Origin: Vicinamibacteria bacterium
GTDB taxonomy: Bacteria > Acidobacteriota > Vicinamibacteria > Vicinamibacterales > UBA8438
Assembly: GCA_022821235.1 (NCBI GenBank)
Contig: JAJEEA010000129.1
Coordinates: 3,931-67,930, forward strand
Direction of reading: 5' to 3'
DNA: 64,000 nucleotides
In this document: positions 34,938 through 45,134 of the stretch, piece after piece
How positions within the stretch are numbered: position 1 is the first letter of the stretch
How the letters are laid out: each line of letters begins with the position of its first letter
Made by a program: the position numbers and the translations under genes
Notes under the pieces: model-generated
The model's database searches: none
Told to the model about the DNA's origin: nothing
Seen by the model: the letters and a program-made list of their open reading frames with translations, nothing else

Positions 34938-36479
34938 ATGAGAGCCACTTTCGAACCGCTCAGTGATTCGCCCCGACCGTGGACCGTCATGGCGGCCGCG
35001 GTCCTGGTTCTGCTCCTCGGAGCCCTTCCTCTGGCGGCCCAGCCCGCCACCCAGGCGCCGGCGGACCGCCCGAACATCCTGTTCCTGTTCGCGGACGATC
35101 AGCGGGCCGACACCATCGGCGCCTGGGGCAACGAGCTGATCGACACGCCGAACCTCGACCGGCTGGCCGACGAGGGCTTCAGCTTCCGGCGCAACTACGT
35201 GTTCGGGTCGAACAGCGGCGCGGTGTGCGTGCCGAGCCGGGCGATGGTGCTGACCGGCCGGAGCTGGATGCGCTCGCCGAACGACATGCGGGGCGTCCCG
35301 ACGCTGCCGCGCCAGCTCGAGGCGGCGGGCTACCGCACCTTCATCACCGGCAAGTGGCACAACGGCGAGGAGGCGCTGCTGCGGAGCTTCGATCGCGGCA
35401 CGGCGGTGTATCTGGGGGGCATGGCCGACCACACGCAGGTGGAAGTGCAGGACATCGAGGACGGCGAGCTGGTGCGCCGACGGGTGGGGGAGGCGTTCTC
35501 CAGCGAGCTGTTCGCCGACGCGACCATCGCCTTTCTGGACGAGCAGGCGGCCCTGGCGGAGGGCGAAGGGGCGGATCGGCCGTTCTTCGCTTACGTCCCG
35601 TTCATGGCGCCCCACGACCCGCGCCAGCCGCCGCCCGAGTACCGCGAGCGGTACTACCGCCGCGACCTGCCCCTGCCGGCGAACTACATGCCTCAGCACC
35701 CGTTCGACCACGGCGTGCTGGTCCTTCGCGACGAGAACCTCGCGGCGTGGCCCCGGACGCCCGAGGTGATCCGCGATCAACTGGCCGAGTACTACGGCCT
35801 CGTCACCCACCTGGACGAGCAGGTGGGACGCATTCTCGCCGCGCTCGAGGAGAACGGCCAGGCCGGGAACACGGTGGTGGTCTACGCGGCCGACCACGGG
35901 CTGGGCATGGGCAGCCACGGACTGCTCGGCAAGCAGAACCTGTACGAGCACTCGATGCGCTGCCCGTTGATCGTGCGCGGGCCGGGCATCCCGCACGGCT
36001 CGACCGACGCCTTCACCTATCTCTTCGACCTGTTCCCGACCCTGCTCGGCCTCGGCGCGGCCGAGACCCCGCCAGGCATCGACGGCCGCGACCTCGCGGC
36101 GCTGTGGTCGGGCGACAGCGATGCGGCCTGGCGCCGGAGCGTGTTCCTGCCGTACCAGGACCTGATGCGCGCGGTGCGCGACGAGCGGTACAAGCTGATC
36201 GTCTATCCGAAGGTCGACCACCGGCAGTTGTTCGACCTCGCCGAGGACCCGGACGAGCTGCGCAACCTCGCGGCCGACCCCGCGCACGGGCCGACCCTCG
36301 CCCGGCTCGAGGCGCTGCTCGAGGGCTGGAGAGCGGCGATGGGCGACAGCGCGCCGCTCGCTACCGCCGATCCGTCGCCGCTTCGGCGCGACCTGACCGG
36401 CCTCGAACGGCAGCCGGACCGCTGGCAGCCGCGGTGGATAGTGGACAAGTACTTCGGCCCGCCGATCCCGGATCGGTAG
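34938..36479 (+). CDS. arylsulfatase-family sulfatase
   Basis: PNILFLFADDQRADTIG and the formylglycine motif CVPSRAMVLTG. The alternative start at 34989 begins directly at the hydrophobic signal core. Confidence 0.9.
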   Translation: MRATFEPLSDSPRPWTVMAAAVLVLLLGALPLAAQPATQAPADRPNILFLFADDQRADTIGAWGNELIDTPNLDRLADEGFSFRRNYVFGSNSGAVCVPSRAMVLTGRSWMRSPNDMRGVPTLPRQLEAAGYRTFITGKWHNGEEALLRSFDRGTAVYLGGMADHTQVEVQDIEDGELVRRRVGEAFSSELFADATIAFLDEQAALAEGEGADRPFFAYVPFMAPHDPRQPPPEYRERYYRRDLPLPANYMPQHPFDHGVLVLRDENLAAWPRTPEVIRDQLAEYYGLVTHLDEQVGRILAALEENGQAGNTVVVYAADHGLGMGSHGLLGKQNLYEHSMRCPLIVRGPGIPHGSTDAFTYLFDLFPTLLGLGAAETPPGIDGRDLAALWSGDSDAAWRRSVFLPYQDLMRAVRDERYKLIVYPKVDHRQLFDLAEDPDELRNLAADPAHGPTLARLEALLEGWRAAMGDSAPLATADPSPLRRDLTGLERQPDRWQPRWIVDKYFGPPIPDR

Positions 36480-36777
36480 GAACTTCAGCTCCTCGACCGC
36501 GACCTCGCCCGGCAGCGGAAGTACTTCGATCCGCCGGCCGCGGATCGCTCGGAACCCTTGAAGTCCGTGGCCGCCCGGCGCCCGGACCCGCCGGACAGGC
36601 TCAGGGTTCCCGTCGCCGCGCCTCGGCAAGCTCGGATAGACCGCCTCGGGACCGCCCCGTCTGCGTTTCGTGCCCTCGTCCGCGATCGCGCGCTTCGGCG
36701 GACCGCCGGACTCCTTGCTGTGCGCGAGGTGTCGTGCGTCCGTTCGCGCGGCCTGCCGTGTTCGAGGTTCCCCGCCG

Positions 36778-37935
36778 CTACCGGCGCTCCACCGGCTCGA
36801 GCCGCACGACCTGGCTCGGTCGGCCGCGGTGCTCCACTGCCAGGTAGATGTAGCCGTCCGGGCCCTGCCGGACGTCCCGCACCCGGCCGATGCCGTAGGC
36901 AAGCGTTTCCTCCTGCTCGATCCGCCCCGGCCGGTCGACGCTCGGCGTGAGGCGCGCGAGCTGTTGTCCCGCCATCCCGCCCGCGAAGAAGCTGCCCCGC
37001 CAGGCCGGGAACCGGTCGCCGGTGTAGACCATCAGGCCGGAGGTGGCGATGGAGGGGACCCAGAAGTGCGCCGGCGACTCCATGCCCTCGCCGCGCGTGC
37101 CCGAGTGGATGGCCGTCCCGCTGCCGTAGTTGACGCCGTAGCCGATCACCGGCCAGCCGTAGTTCAGGGTGGGTCGAATCAGGTTGAGCTCGTCGCCGCC
37201 CTGCGGCCCGTGCTCGTGGGCCCACAGGTCGCCGGTGTCCGGGTGCACGAGCAGCCCCTGCGGGTTCCGGTGTCCGTAGCTCCAGATCTCGGGCAGGGCC
37301 CCGTCCCGGCCGACGAACGGGTTGTCGCCGGGCACGCGGCCGTCGTCGTGGAGGCGGATGGTGACCCCGTGATGGTTCGACGGGTCCTGCGCGGGGTGGG
37401 CCGTCAGGTCGCCCCGCGTCCTCGCCATCCGGTCGCCCACCGAGGCGAAGAGGTAGCCCTCGCGGTCCCAGGCGAGCCGTCCCCCGTAGTGTCCGCCGCC
37501 TCGTGACTGCGCCACGAAGACGTCCTCGACGCCGGTGAGCCGATCGTCCTCGAACCGGCCCCTGATCACCGCGGTCGTCGAGCCTTCCGCCGTCGGCCGC
37601 GCGTAGCTGAGATACAGCAGGCGGTTGGCCGCGAAGTCGGGGTGCGGGAGCACCTCGAACAGGCCGCCCTGCCCCCGCGCGACCACCTCCGGCACCCCCG
37701 GCACCGGGTCGGGCAGCAGGGTTCCGTCGCGCACGATGCGCAGGCGTCCCGGGCGTTCGGTGACGAGCATGTCGCCGTCGGGCAGCCACGCGATGGACCA
37801 GGGGACGTCGAGACCGTCGGCCACGGTGACGGTGCGGAAATCGTGATGGGCGGACCGGTGCACCTCCTGGGCGGCGACCGGGTTTCCCGCGAGCAGCCAC
37901 CCCGCGGCGACGCAAGCGACGGTAGTGCGAATCAT
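36778..37935 (-). CDS. PQQ-dependent sugar dehydrogenase (soluble aldose/sorbosone dehydrogenase type)
   Basis: Start at ATG 37935 with a signal peptide. PWSIAWLPDGDMLVTERPGRLRIV, HYGGRLAWD, YGHRNPQGL, EHGPQGGDELN. Confidence 0.9.
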   Translation of the reverse strand: MIRTTVACVAAGWLLAGNPVAAQEVHRSAHHDFRTVTVADGLDVPWSIAWLPDGDMLVTERPGRLRIVRDGTLLPDPVPGVPEVVARGQGGLFEVLPHPDFAANRLLYLSYARPTAEGSTTAVIRGRFEDDRLTGVEDVFVAQSRGGGHYGGRLAWDREGYLFASVGDRMARTRGDLTAHPAQDPSNHHGVTIRLHDDGRVPGDNPFVGRDGALPEIWSYGHRNPQGLLVHPDTGDLWAHEHGPQGGDELNLIRPTLNYGWPVIGYGVNYGSGTAIHSGTRGEGMESPAHFWVPSIATSGLMVYTGDRFPAWRGSFFAGGMAGQQLARLTPSVDRPGRIEQEETLAYGIGRVRDVRQGPDGYIYLAVEHRGRPSQVVRLEPVERR

Positions 37936-38344
37936 CGTCGAGCTCCTGTGACCGGCTGCCAACGCCGGCGGTGCGGCGTACGAAGCCGGCCGTGTTTCAC
38001 CCGTTGACGCCCAGAGCCTCGCAGGAGATGGGCGCGGAAACAGACCCGCCCATGATCGCACGAATTCCCGCTCGGCGGGGTCGGCGGAAGCCGCACGAGG
38101 CCGGCGGCGGCCGTTCGCGCGGAGCGATGGGACGTTTCGGGGAAGGGCGGGCCGGGCCTGACGATCACCGGCGGCCGTGGACACTCGAGCGAGCCCGACG
38201 GGTCCGGCCGATCGCCGGCTCGCTCCCGCGTCGGTATCGTCGCACCACCCGACCGCACGCCGTGGATGCGGTAGGCGCGCACGGGTTGGACCGCGAGCTC
38301 CTCGCGCGATGGCCGTGCGTGACGGCCGCGCGCGGCGGGCGGGC

Positions 38345-38350
38345 TAGAAT
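38345..38350 (+). promoter_or_regulatory. -10 box TAGAAT upstream of the hydrolase gene
   Basis: Same hexamer as at 4391 and 5346. Lies 50 nt upstream of ATG 38401, with GGGAGAG Shine-Dalgarno in between. Confidence 0.4.
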
Positions 38351-38400
38351 GGTGGCATCAGATTGCAGGGGAGAGCCCCACGCCTTCCAGGGAGAGCCGC

Positions 38401-39252
38401 ATGTCGATACTACGAGCCGTCGTTGCCGCCTTCGTCCTGCTCGCGGCGGGCGCGTCGTCCGCCCAGGACGTCACCGTCACGCCGGACGTCGTGTACGGCC
38501 ACAAGTACGGCATGGCGTTGACGTTCGACGTGTTCACGCCGGCCAACGCCAACGGGGCGGCGGTGCTGAACATGGTCAGCGGCGGCTGGCGCTCGGCGTG
38601 GCGGCCGCACGCGGCGTCGCAACGGCGGTACCAGGCGCTGCTCGACGCCGGGTTCACGGTGCTCGCGGTCCGCCACGGCAGCAGCCCCAAGTTCATCCTG
38701 CCCGAGATCGTCCCCGACGTGCGGCGCGCGGTTCGCTACGTCAGGCTCAACGCGCGGCGGCTGGGCATCGACCCGAACCGCCTCGGCGTCTGGGGCGGGA
38801 GCGCCGGCGGGCACCTGTCGCTGATGCTCGGGCTGGCGTCGGACCAGGGGGACCCGTCGGCCGAGGACGCGGTGCTCCGGACCGGCAACCGGGTGGCGGC
38901 GGTGGTGGCCTACTATCCGCCGGTCGACCTGCGCCCGCTCGCGCGCGGAATCGCCGGCGAGAACCCCAACACCCGGTTCCCGGCGCTGAACTTCGACGCC
39001 GCCGACGCCCATTCGGTGTCTCCCATCGTTCACGTGTCGCAGGACGATCCCCCCACGCTGCTGATCCACGGCGACGCCGACGGCCTGGTGCCGGTGAGCA
39101 ACAGCCACGACATGTACGCCGCGCTGCAGGAGCACGGGGTCGAGTCGAAGGTGATCGTCATTCCCGGCGCCGGCCACGGATTCCGCGGCGCCGACGCCGA
39201 TCTCGCGATGACCGCGCTCGTCGACTGGTTCGTGCAGCATCTCGCGCACTGA
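38401..39252 (+). CDS. secreted alpha/beta hydrolase (esterase/peptidase S9-like)
   Basis: Signal peptide. Nucleophile elbow GVWGGSAGGHL. C-terminal LLIHGDADGLVP and GAGHGF. Confidence 0.85.
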   Translation: MSILRAVVAAFVLLAAGASSAQDVTVTPDVVYGHKYGMALTFDVFTPANANGAAVLNMVSGGWRSAWRPHAASQRRYQALLDAGFTVLAVRHGSSPKFILPEIVPDVRRAVRYVRLNARRLGIDPNRLGVWGGSAGGHLSLMLGLASDQGDPSAEDAVLRTGNRVAAVVAYYPPVDLRPLARGIAGENPNTRFPALNFDAADAHSVSPIVHVSQDDPPTLLIHGDADGLVPVSNSHDMYAALQEHGVESKVIVIPGAGHGFRGADADLAMTALVDWFVQHLAH

Positions 39253-39575
39253 CCGGCGGGTCGTGGAGGAGCCCGCGTTGCACCGGGATCAGCGGGATGC
39301 GGCGCCGGTCGAGCTACTGCGGGGCGTTTCAGGCGGGCGGCTGGTCGTCTGCGGGGCGCCGGCGTCGTAGAGCGTCCGCAACGCCTCGACGGCCAACTGG
39401 TGGACTGTCCTTGAAGGAGCTTCGCCATGCCGTCGCAGAATCGAACCCGGCACGCGGGGGGACCTTCAGGGGCATGGGCAGCTTTCCGTTCGGTCCGGTT
39501 GACCGGACGTGACGAGTAGAGCATGACGGGCAACTGCGTACGGGTAAGCAGGACGCGCAATCGAAAGGAGCGAGG

Positions 39576-41153
<1,578 letters not shown>

Positions 41154-41196
41154 TACCCGGGGCGGTAACGCAATTCCGGCCAGGAGCCCTCGACTC

Positions 41197-43104
41197 ATGA
41201 CCATCAGCTCGACGATACGTCATCACGCCGCGCGGCATTCCCTCTGGTTGCTGGTACTGGCGGGCCTCGCTGCGCCGCCGGCCCACGCGCAGGACGACTG
41301 GCGGGCCTGGGGCCGCGACGCCGGCAACCAGCGCCACTCGCCGCTGACGCAGATCGACGTCGACAACGTCTCGACCCTGGCGCCGGCGTGGCGCTACGAG
41401 ATGACCAAGCCGGGCGTGCCGTCCCGGCCGGCCCAGTCGACGCCGCTCGTGGTCGACGGCGTCCTCTACCTGTCGTTCCCGTACTACCGCGTGGTGGCGC
41501 TCGAGCCGGAGACCGGTGATGAGCTCTGGGAGTACACGGCCCCCGGCGACTGGAACTCGCCCGAGCACCAGTTGCACTGGACGGGCGGCTCGATGCGCGG
41601 GCTGGCCTGGTGGGAGGGCGACGACCGGACGCCCCCGCAGATCGTGTTCGGCACCGAGGAAGGCGAGCTGATCTCGCTCGACGCGGCGACCGGCATCCCC
41701 AACCCCCGGTTCGGCAACGACGGCTTCGTCGACCTGAAGACCCCCGACGTGATGAACGGCTTCCCGAACATGCACTACGGCATCTCGTCCGGGGTCGCCG
41801 TCTGGAGGCACCTCGTGTTCACCGGCGTCCACAACGCCGACGAGACGGGCTCGAAGGGGCCGGCCGGCGACGTGCGCGCGTGGGACCTGCGGACCGGCGA
41901 CCTCGTCTGGACGTTCCACACCGTGCCCCATCCCGGCGAGTTCGGCAACGACACGTGGCTCGACGGCTCGTGGCGCAACGTCAGCGGCGCCAACACGTGG
42001 TCGTTCTTCACCATCGACGAGGAGCGCGGCATCCTCTACATGCCGCTCGGGTCCGCCCACAACGACTTCTACGGCATGGACCGCCCCGGCGACAACCTCT
42101 TCGCGAACTCGATCGTGGCCGTCGACGCGCTGACGGGCGAGCGGCTGTGGCACTTCCAGGCCGTCCACCACGACCTGTGGGACCTCGACATGCCGGCGCC
42201 GCCCATCCTCTTCGACGTCGAGCGGGGCGGCGAGACCATTCCCGCCGTCGGCGTCGTGACCAAGTACCCGGTGCTCTTCATTTTCGACCGCGTCACCGGC
42301 GAGCCCATCTACGAGATCGAGGAGCGCCCGGTGCCGGCCGGCGACATGCCCGGCGAGTACTACTCGCCGACCCAGCCGTTTCCGGTGAAGCCGCCGCCCT
42401 TCGGCCGCATCCGCTTCACGATGGACGACATCGCTACGGTGACGCCCGAGCACACCGCCAAGTGCCGCGAGCTGCTGATGCAGTACGACGGTGGGCGCAA
42501 CCGCGGCCCCTACACGCCGCCGTCCGAGGAGGGCGCGCTCGTGTTCCCGTCGACCGGCGGCGGGACCGAGTTCACCGGCGGCACCTTCGACCCGAGCCTC
42601 GGCTACTACATCATCAACTACGCCGACACCGGCCACATCAGCCAGCTCGTGAAGGTGGAGGACGATCCGGACCGCCGCGGCTACGTGGGCCCGCCCGAGT
42701 CGCGCCGCATCTACTGGCACGTCGTCACCCGGATGTCCGTCGACGGCTGGCCCTGCTGGCAGCCGCCCTGGTCGCGGCTGGTCGCGGTGGACGTCAACAG
42801 CGGCGAGATCGCCTGGATGATCCCGTTCGGCACCGTCGAGGGCGCGCCCCCCGGCCTGCTGACCGGCGCCCCCAACTCGCAGAAGGGCAGGCCGACCTCG
42901 ACCGCCACCGGCGTGCTATTCATCGGCGGGGCCAGCGACCGGCGCTTCCGCGCCTACGAGACGGCGACCGGGCGCGAGCTGTGGAGCGTCGAGACCGAGC
43001 AGATGATCAGCGGCGCCAATCCCGTCACCTACATGGGGAAGGACGGGAAGCAGTACGTCACGGTGGCCGCGGGGACGACGCTGCTGGCGTTCACCCTGCC
43101 GTGA
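41197..43104 (+). CDS. PQQ-dependent dehydrogenase (quinoprotein, glucose/alcohol dehydrogenase-like)
   Basis: Signal peptide then DDWRAWGRDAGNQRHSPLTQI. PGDNLFANSIVAVDALTGERLWHFQAVHHDLWDLD. Eight-blade length. Confidence 0.9.
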   Translation: MTISSTIRHHAARHSLWLLVLAGLAAPPAHAQDDWRAWGRDAGNQRHSPLTQIDVDNVSTLAPAWRYEMTKPGVPSRPAQSTPLVVDGVLYLSFPYYRVVALEPETGDELWEYTAPGDWNSPEHQLHWTGGSMRGLAWWEGDDRTPPQIVFGTEEGELISLDAATGIPNPRFGNDGFVDLKTPDVMNGFPNMHYGISSGVAVWRHLVFTGVHNADETGSKGPAGDVRAWDLRTGDLVWTFHTVPHPGEFGNDTWLDGSWRNVSGANTWSFFTIDEERGILYMPLGSAHNDFYGMDRPGDNLFANSIVAVDALTGERLWHFQAVHHDLWDLDMPAPPILFDVERGGETIPAVGVVTKYPVLFIFDRVTGEPIYEIEERPVPAGDMPGEYYSPTQPFPVKPPPFGRIRFTMDDIATVTPEHTAKCRELLMQYDGGRNRGPYTPPSEEGALVFPSTGGGTEFTGGTFDPSLGYYIINYADTGHISQLVKVEDDPDRRGYVGPPESRRIYWHVVTRMSVDGWPCWQPPWSRLVAVDVNSGEIAWMIPFGTVEGAPPGLLTGAPNSQKGRPTSTATGVLFIGGASDRRFRAYETATGRELWSVETEQMISGANPVTYMGKDGKQYVTVAAGTTLLAFTLP

Positions 43105-43128
43105 CGGCTCGGGGCCGCCCCGCGGCAA

Positions 43129-43385
43129 CGCCCGCCCGCCGTTGGCGCCCGCCTGGAGGACGTGAGCACCCCTTCAGCCGCATCCGGCAGCACGACGCGT
43201 CGCACACGCCCCCCGTTGGCGCCCGCCTGGAGGACGTGAGCACGGGTGCTGTGACATCGCCGCCTCCCCGCCGCGACGGGCGCTGCCATCCGCGCCCGTT
43301 CAAGGGGCGTGCACACGGCCGCCGCGACGATCCGGGCCTCCCCGCAACGGCGCCGCCATCCGCGCCCGCCTGAAGGACGTGCACC
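43129..43385. repeat. four degenerate tandem units (~72-nt period) of repeat family R2
   Basis: Unit ends are GTTGGCGCCCGCCTGGAGGACGTGAGCAC (twice, identical) and CCATCCGCGCCCG(CC/TT)(TG/CA)AAGG(A/G)(C/G)GTGCAC (twice), at about 43169, 43243, 43314 and 43385. Confidence 0.7.
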
Positions 43386-43440
43386 CGCCAGCGGTGACGA
43401 TCGCGGCTGCCCAATGCCGTCCGGCAGTCGACGATTGCAT

Positions 43441-43459
43441 GTCATTGCATTACAATGAC
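43441..43459. promoter_or_regulatory. inverted repeat GTCATTG-cattA-CAATGAC overlapping a TACAAT -10 box; candidate vapBC operator
   Basis: Perfect 7-bp arms, plus the direct repeat ATTGCAT at 43434 and 43444. TACAAT at 43451-43456 and GGGAGGGAGGAG Shine-Dalgarno before ATG 43480. Confidence 0.5.
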
Positions 43460-43479
43460 GCGAGGGAGGGAGGAGCCGA

Positions 43480-43899
43480 ATGCGCGACCAGTTGAGCGTC
43501 AGACTGCCCCGGGAGTTGAACGAAGCCGTTGGAGAACGGGCGAAACGCGACTCGCGTCGGCCGTCGGACGTCGTGCGGCTGGCGCTGCAGCAGTACCTGC
43601 TGGGCGCTGCGGGCGACGGGCGCGGAAGAACGGACCGGGTCAGCGAGGCCGGCGACGTGCCGGCGTGGGGCGAGTCCGAGAGCCTGAAGCCGGAGCGCAC
43701 GATCGTGCTTCGTGATGTCCCCGAAGACCTCTACCTGGCGCTGGAGGAGCGAGCTGCCGCCGAGCGCCTGTCCGTGGCCGGCTACGTGCTGGACATCCTG
43801 GCCCGCAGGCGGTTCGGCGAGCGCCTGCAATCGCTTTCCCGCGTCCAGCTCAGCGTGTCGGCCGCCGAGCTTATCCGCGAAGCTCGGGACAGCCGGTGA
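43480..43899 (+). CDS. vapB: antitoxin with two ribbon-helix-helix modules (CopG-like plus FitA/VapB-like)
   Basis: QLSVRLPRELNEAVGERAKRDSRRPSDVVRLALQQYL, followed after a linker by IVLRDVPEDLYLALEERAAAERLSVAGYVLDILARR. Its stop overlaps the vapC start (GTGA). Confidence 0.8.
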   Translation: MRDQLSVRLPRELNEAVGERAKRDSRRPSDVVRLALQQYLLGAAGDGRGRTDRVSEAGDVPAWGESESLKPERTIVLRDVPEDLYLALEERAAAERLSVAGYVLDILARRRFGERLQSLSRVQLSVSAAELIREARDSR

Positions 43900-44288
43900 T
43901 CGTCGTCGACGCTTCGATCGTGGTCGAGGTGCTTCTCCGCTCCGATATGGGAGTCGCGCTGGAGAGTCTTCTCGTCGAAGGAGACGACCTGCTGCACGCG
44001 CCCCACATGCTGGATGTCGAGGTCGCCCATGCGCTCAGACGTTGTGCCCTGCACGGCGAGATCGACGAGCGCCGAGGCCGCGCCTCGCTCGGGAATCTGG
44101 CGGCCATGGCCATCGAGCGCCACGGACATCAGCCGTTGCTTGAACGGATGTGGCAGCTTCGTCACAACCTGACGGCCTACGATGCCGCGTATCTGGCGCT
44201 GGCGGAACGCCTGGACGCACCGCTGCTGACGCGCGATGCGGCGCTGGCATCAGTCGCCGGGCACCACGCCCGGGTCGTGCTCGCGTAG
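43896..44288 (+). CDS. vapC: PIN-domain toxin VapC
   Basis: MIVVDASIVVEVLL...LHAPHMLDVEV...LTAYDAAYLALAERLDAPLLTRD. Confidence 0.88.
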   Translation: MIVVDASIVVEVLLRSDMGVALESLLVEGDDLLHAPHMLDVEVAHALRRCALHGEIDERRGRASLGNLAAMAIERHGHQPLLERMWQLRHNLTAYDAAYLALAERLDAPLLTRDAALASVAGHHARVVLA

Positions 44289-44328
44289 CTGAATTTCTGA
44301 TCGTTCGATGCGCGCAGGAGATGCCACG

Positions 44329-44553
44329 ATGTCGACGAGCCGGAGACTCGCGACCCAGGTGGACAGCGCCCTCCTCGACGAACTGCGGACCCTGGCCAGG
44401 GACGAGGGCCGCCAAATCCAGGCGTTGGTCGACGAAGCGATCGCCGCCCTGCTCGAGCAGCGCAGGCAGGGCACGGCCCGCCCGCATGTGATGGCCGCCT
44501 ATCAGCGCAGCCACGCCCGGTTCGCAGCGCTCTACGAGAAGCTCGCGAAGTGA
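44329..44553 (+). CDS. ribbon-helix-helix (CopG-like) putative antitoxin, no adjacent toxin
   Basis: AGGAG Shine-Dalgarno. MSTSRRLATQVDSALLDELRTLARDEGRQIQALVDEAIAALLEQRR. Confidence 0.65.
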   Translation: MSTSRRLATQVDSALLDELRTLARDEGRQIQALVDEAIAALLEQRRQGTARPHVMAAYQRSHARFAALYEKLAK

Positions 44554-44598
44554 TGCGGGGGCTACCTGACCTGGAGCGACCACCCTCAGCGCGCCTCC

Positions 44599-44877
44599 CT
44601 ACACCAACTCGACGTTCACGCGGCGTCCGACCATTGCGGCGGCCCGTTGCAGGCTGCCGAGCGTGATGTCGCTTTTCGGATCGAGCAGCCGGTCCACCTG
44701 GGTGCGGCTCGTCTTCAGCAGCGTCGCCATCTTGTTCTTGGAGATGTTCTGCTGCTTCATGGCCTCCGCAAGCTGCCACGCGACGACCTCCTTGATCGCC
44801 TGCGCTTGCGTTTCCTCGAAGATGCCCTCCTTCTTCAGGAAGGCATCAATGCTCGATCCCATATGGACCTTGCTCAT
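44599..44877 (-). CDS. XRE/Fis-type HTH antitoxin-like protein, no intact toxin upstream
   Basis: MSKVHMGSSIDAFLKKEGIFEETQAQAIKEVVAWQLAEAMKQQNISKNKMATLLKTSRTQVDRLLDP. Lower-GC patch. Confidence 0.75.
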   Translation of the reverse strand: MSKVHMGSSIDAFLKKEGIFEETQAQAIKEVVAWQLAEAMKQQNISKNKMATLLKTSRTQVDRLLDPKSDITLGSLQRAAAMVGRRVNVELV

Positions 44878-44910
44878 CGTTCCAGTTGTGGCGTCGGCTT
44901 GGCGGTCACC

Positions 44911-44930
44911 CTGCACCTTAAAATGTGCAG
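44911..44930. promoter_or_regulatory. palindrome CTGCAC-cttaaaat-GTGCAG, candidate operator of the XRE gene
   Basis: Perfect 6-bp arms around an AT-rich core, 34 nt upstream of ATG 44877 and adjacent to a TTGACT hexamer on the minus strand. Confidence 0.45.
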
Positions 44931-45134
44931 TCAACCATGTCGCGTTGGAAATGGCAACCAGAAAACGGACCCACGACCGGCGCCCCCTCGAATACACGGC
45001 CGACTTGTGCCACACTCGCCGCCGGAAAGGCCCGCGGCGTTGCGACCACCAGTGGCGCGTACGGCAGCGACGACCTGCACCGACGCTGGACCGAGCGCAC
45101 GATGCGGGCGTTCCTCGTCGGAGAGCCGCCGACC

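Noticed and set aside
39430-39470. tRNA-like T-arm sequence GGTTCGATTC on the minus strand; a similar one lies at 57995-58025.
   Set aside because: The flanking bases do not form a T-stem, acceptor stem or anticodon arm. The second one lies inside a membrane-protein CDS.
39260-39570. Possible small gene or remnant in the 320-bp gap before pckA (minus-frame TVHQLAVEALRTLYDAGAPQ).
   Set aside because: It has no start or RBS and no recognisable family. The segment is short and may be chance.
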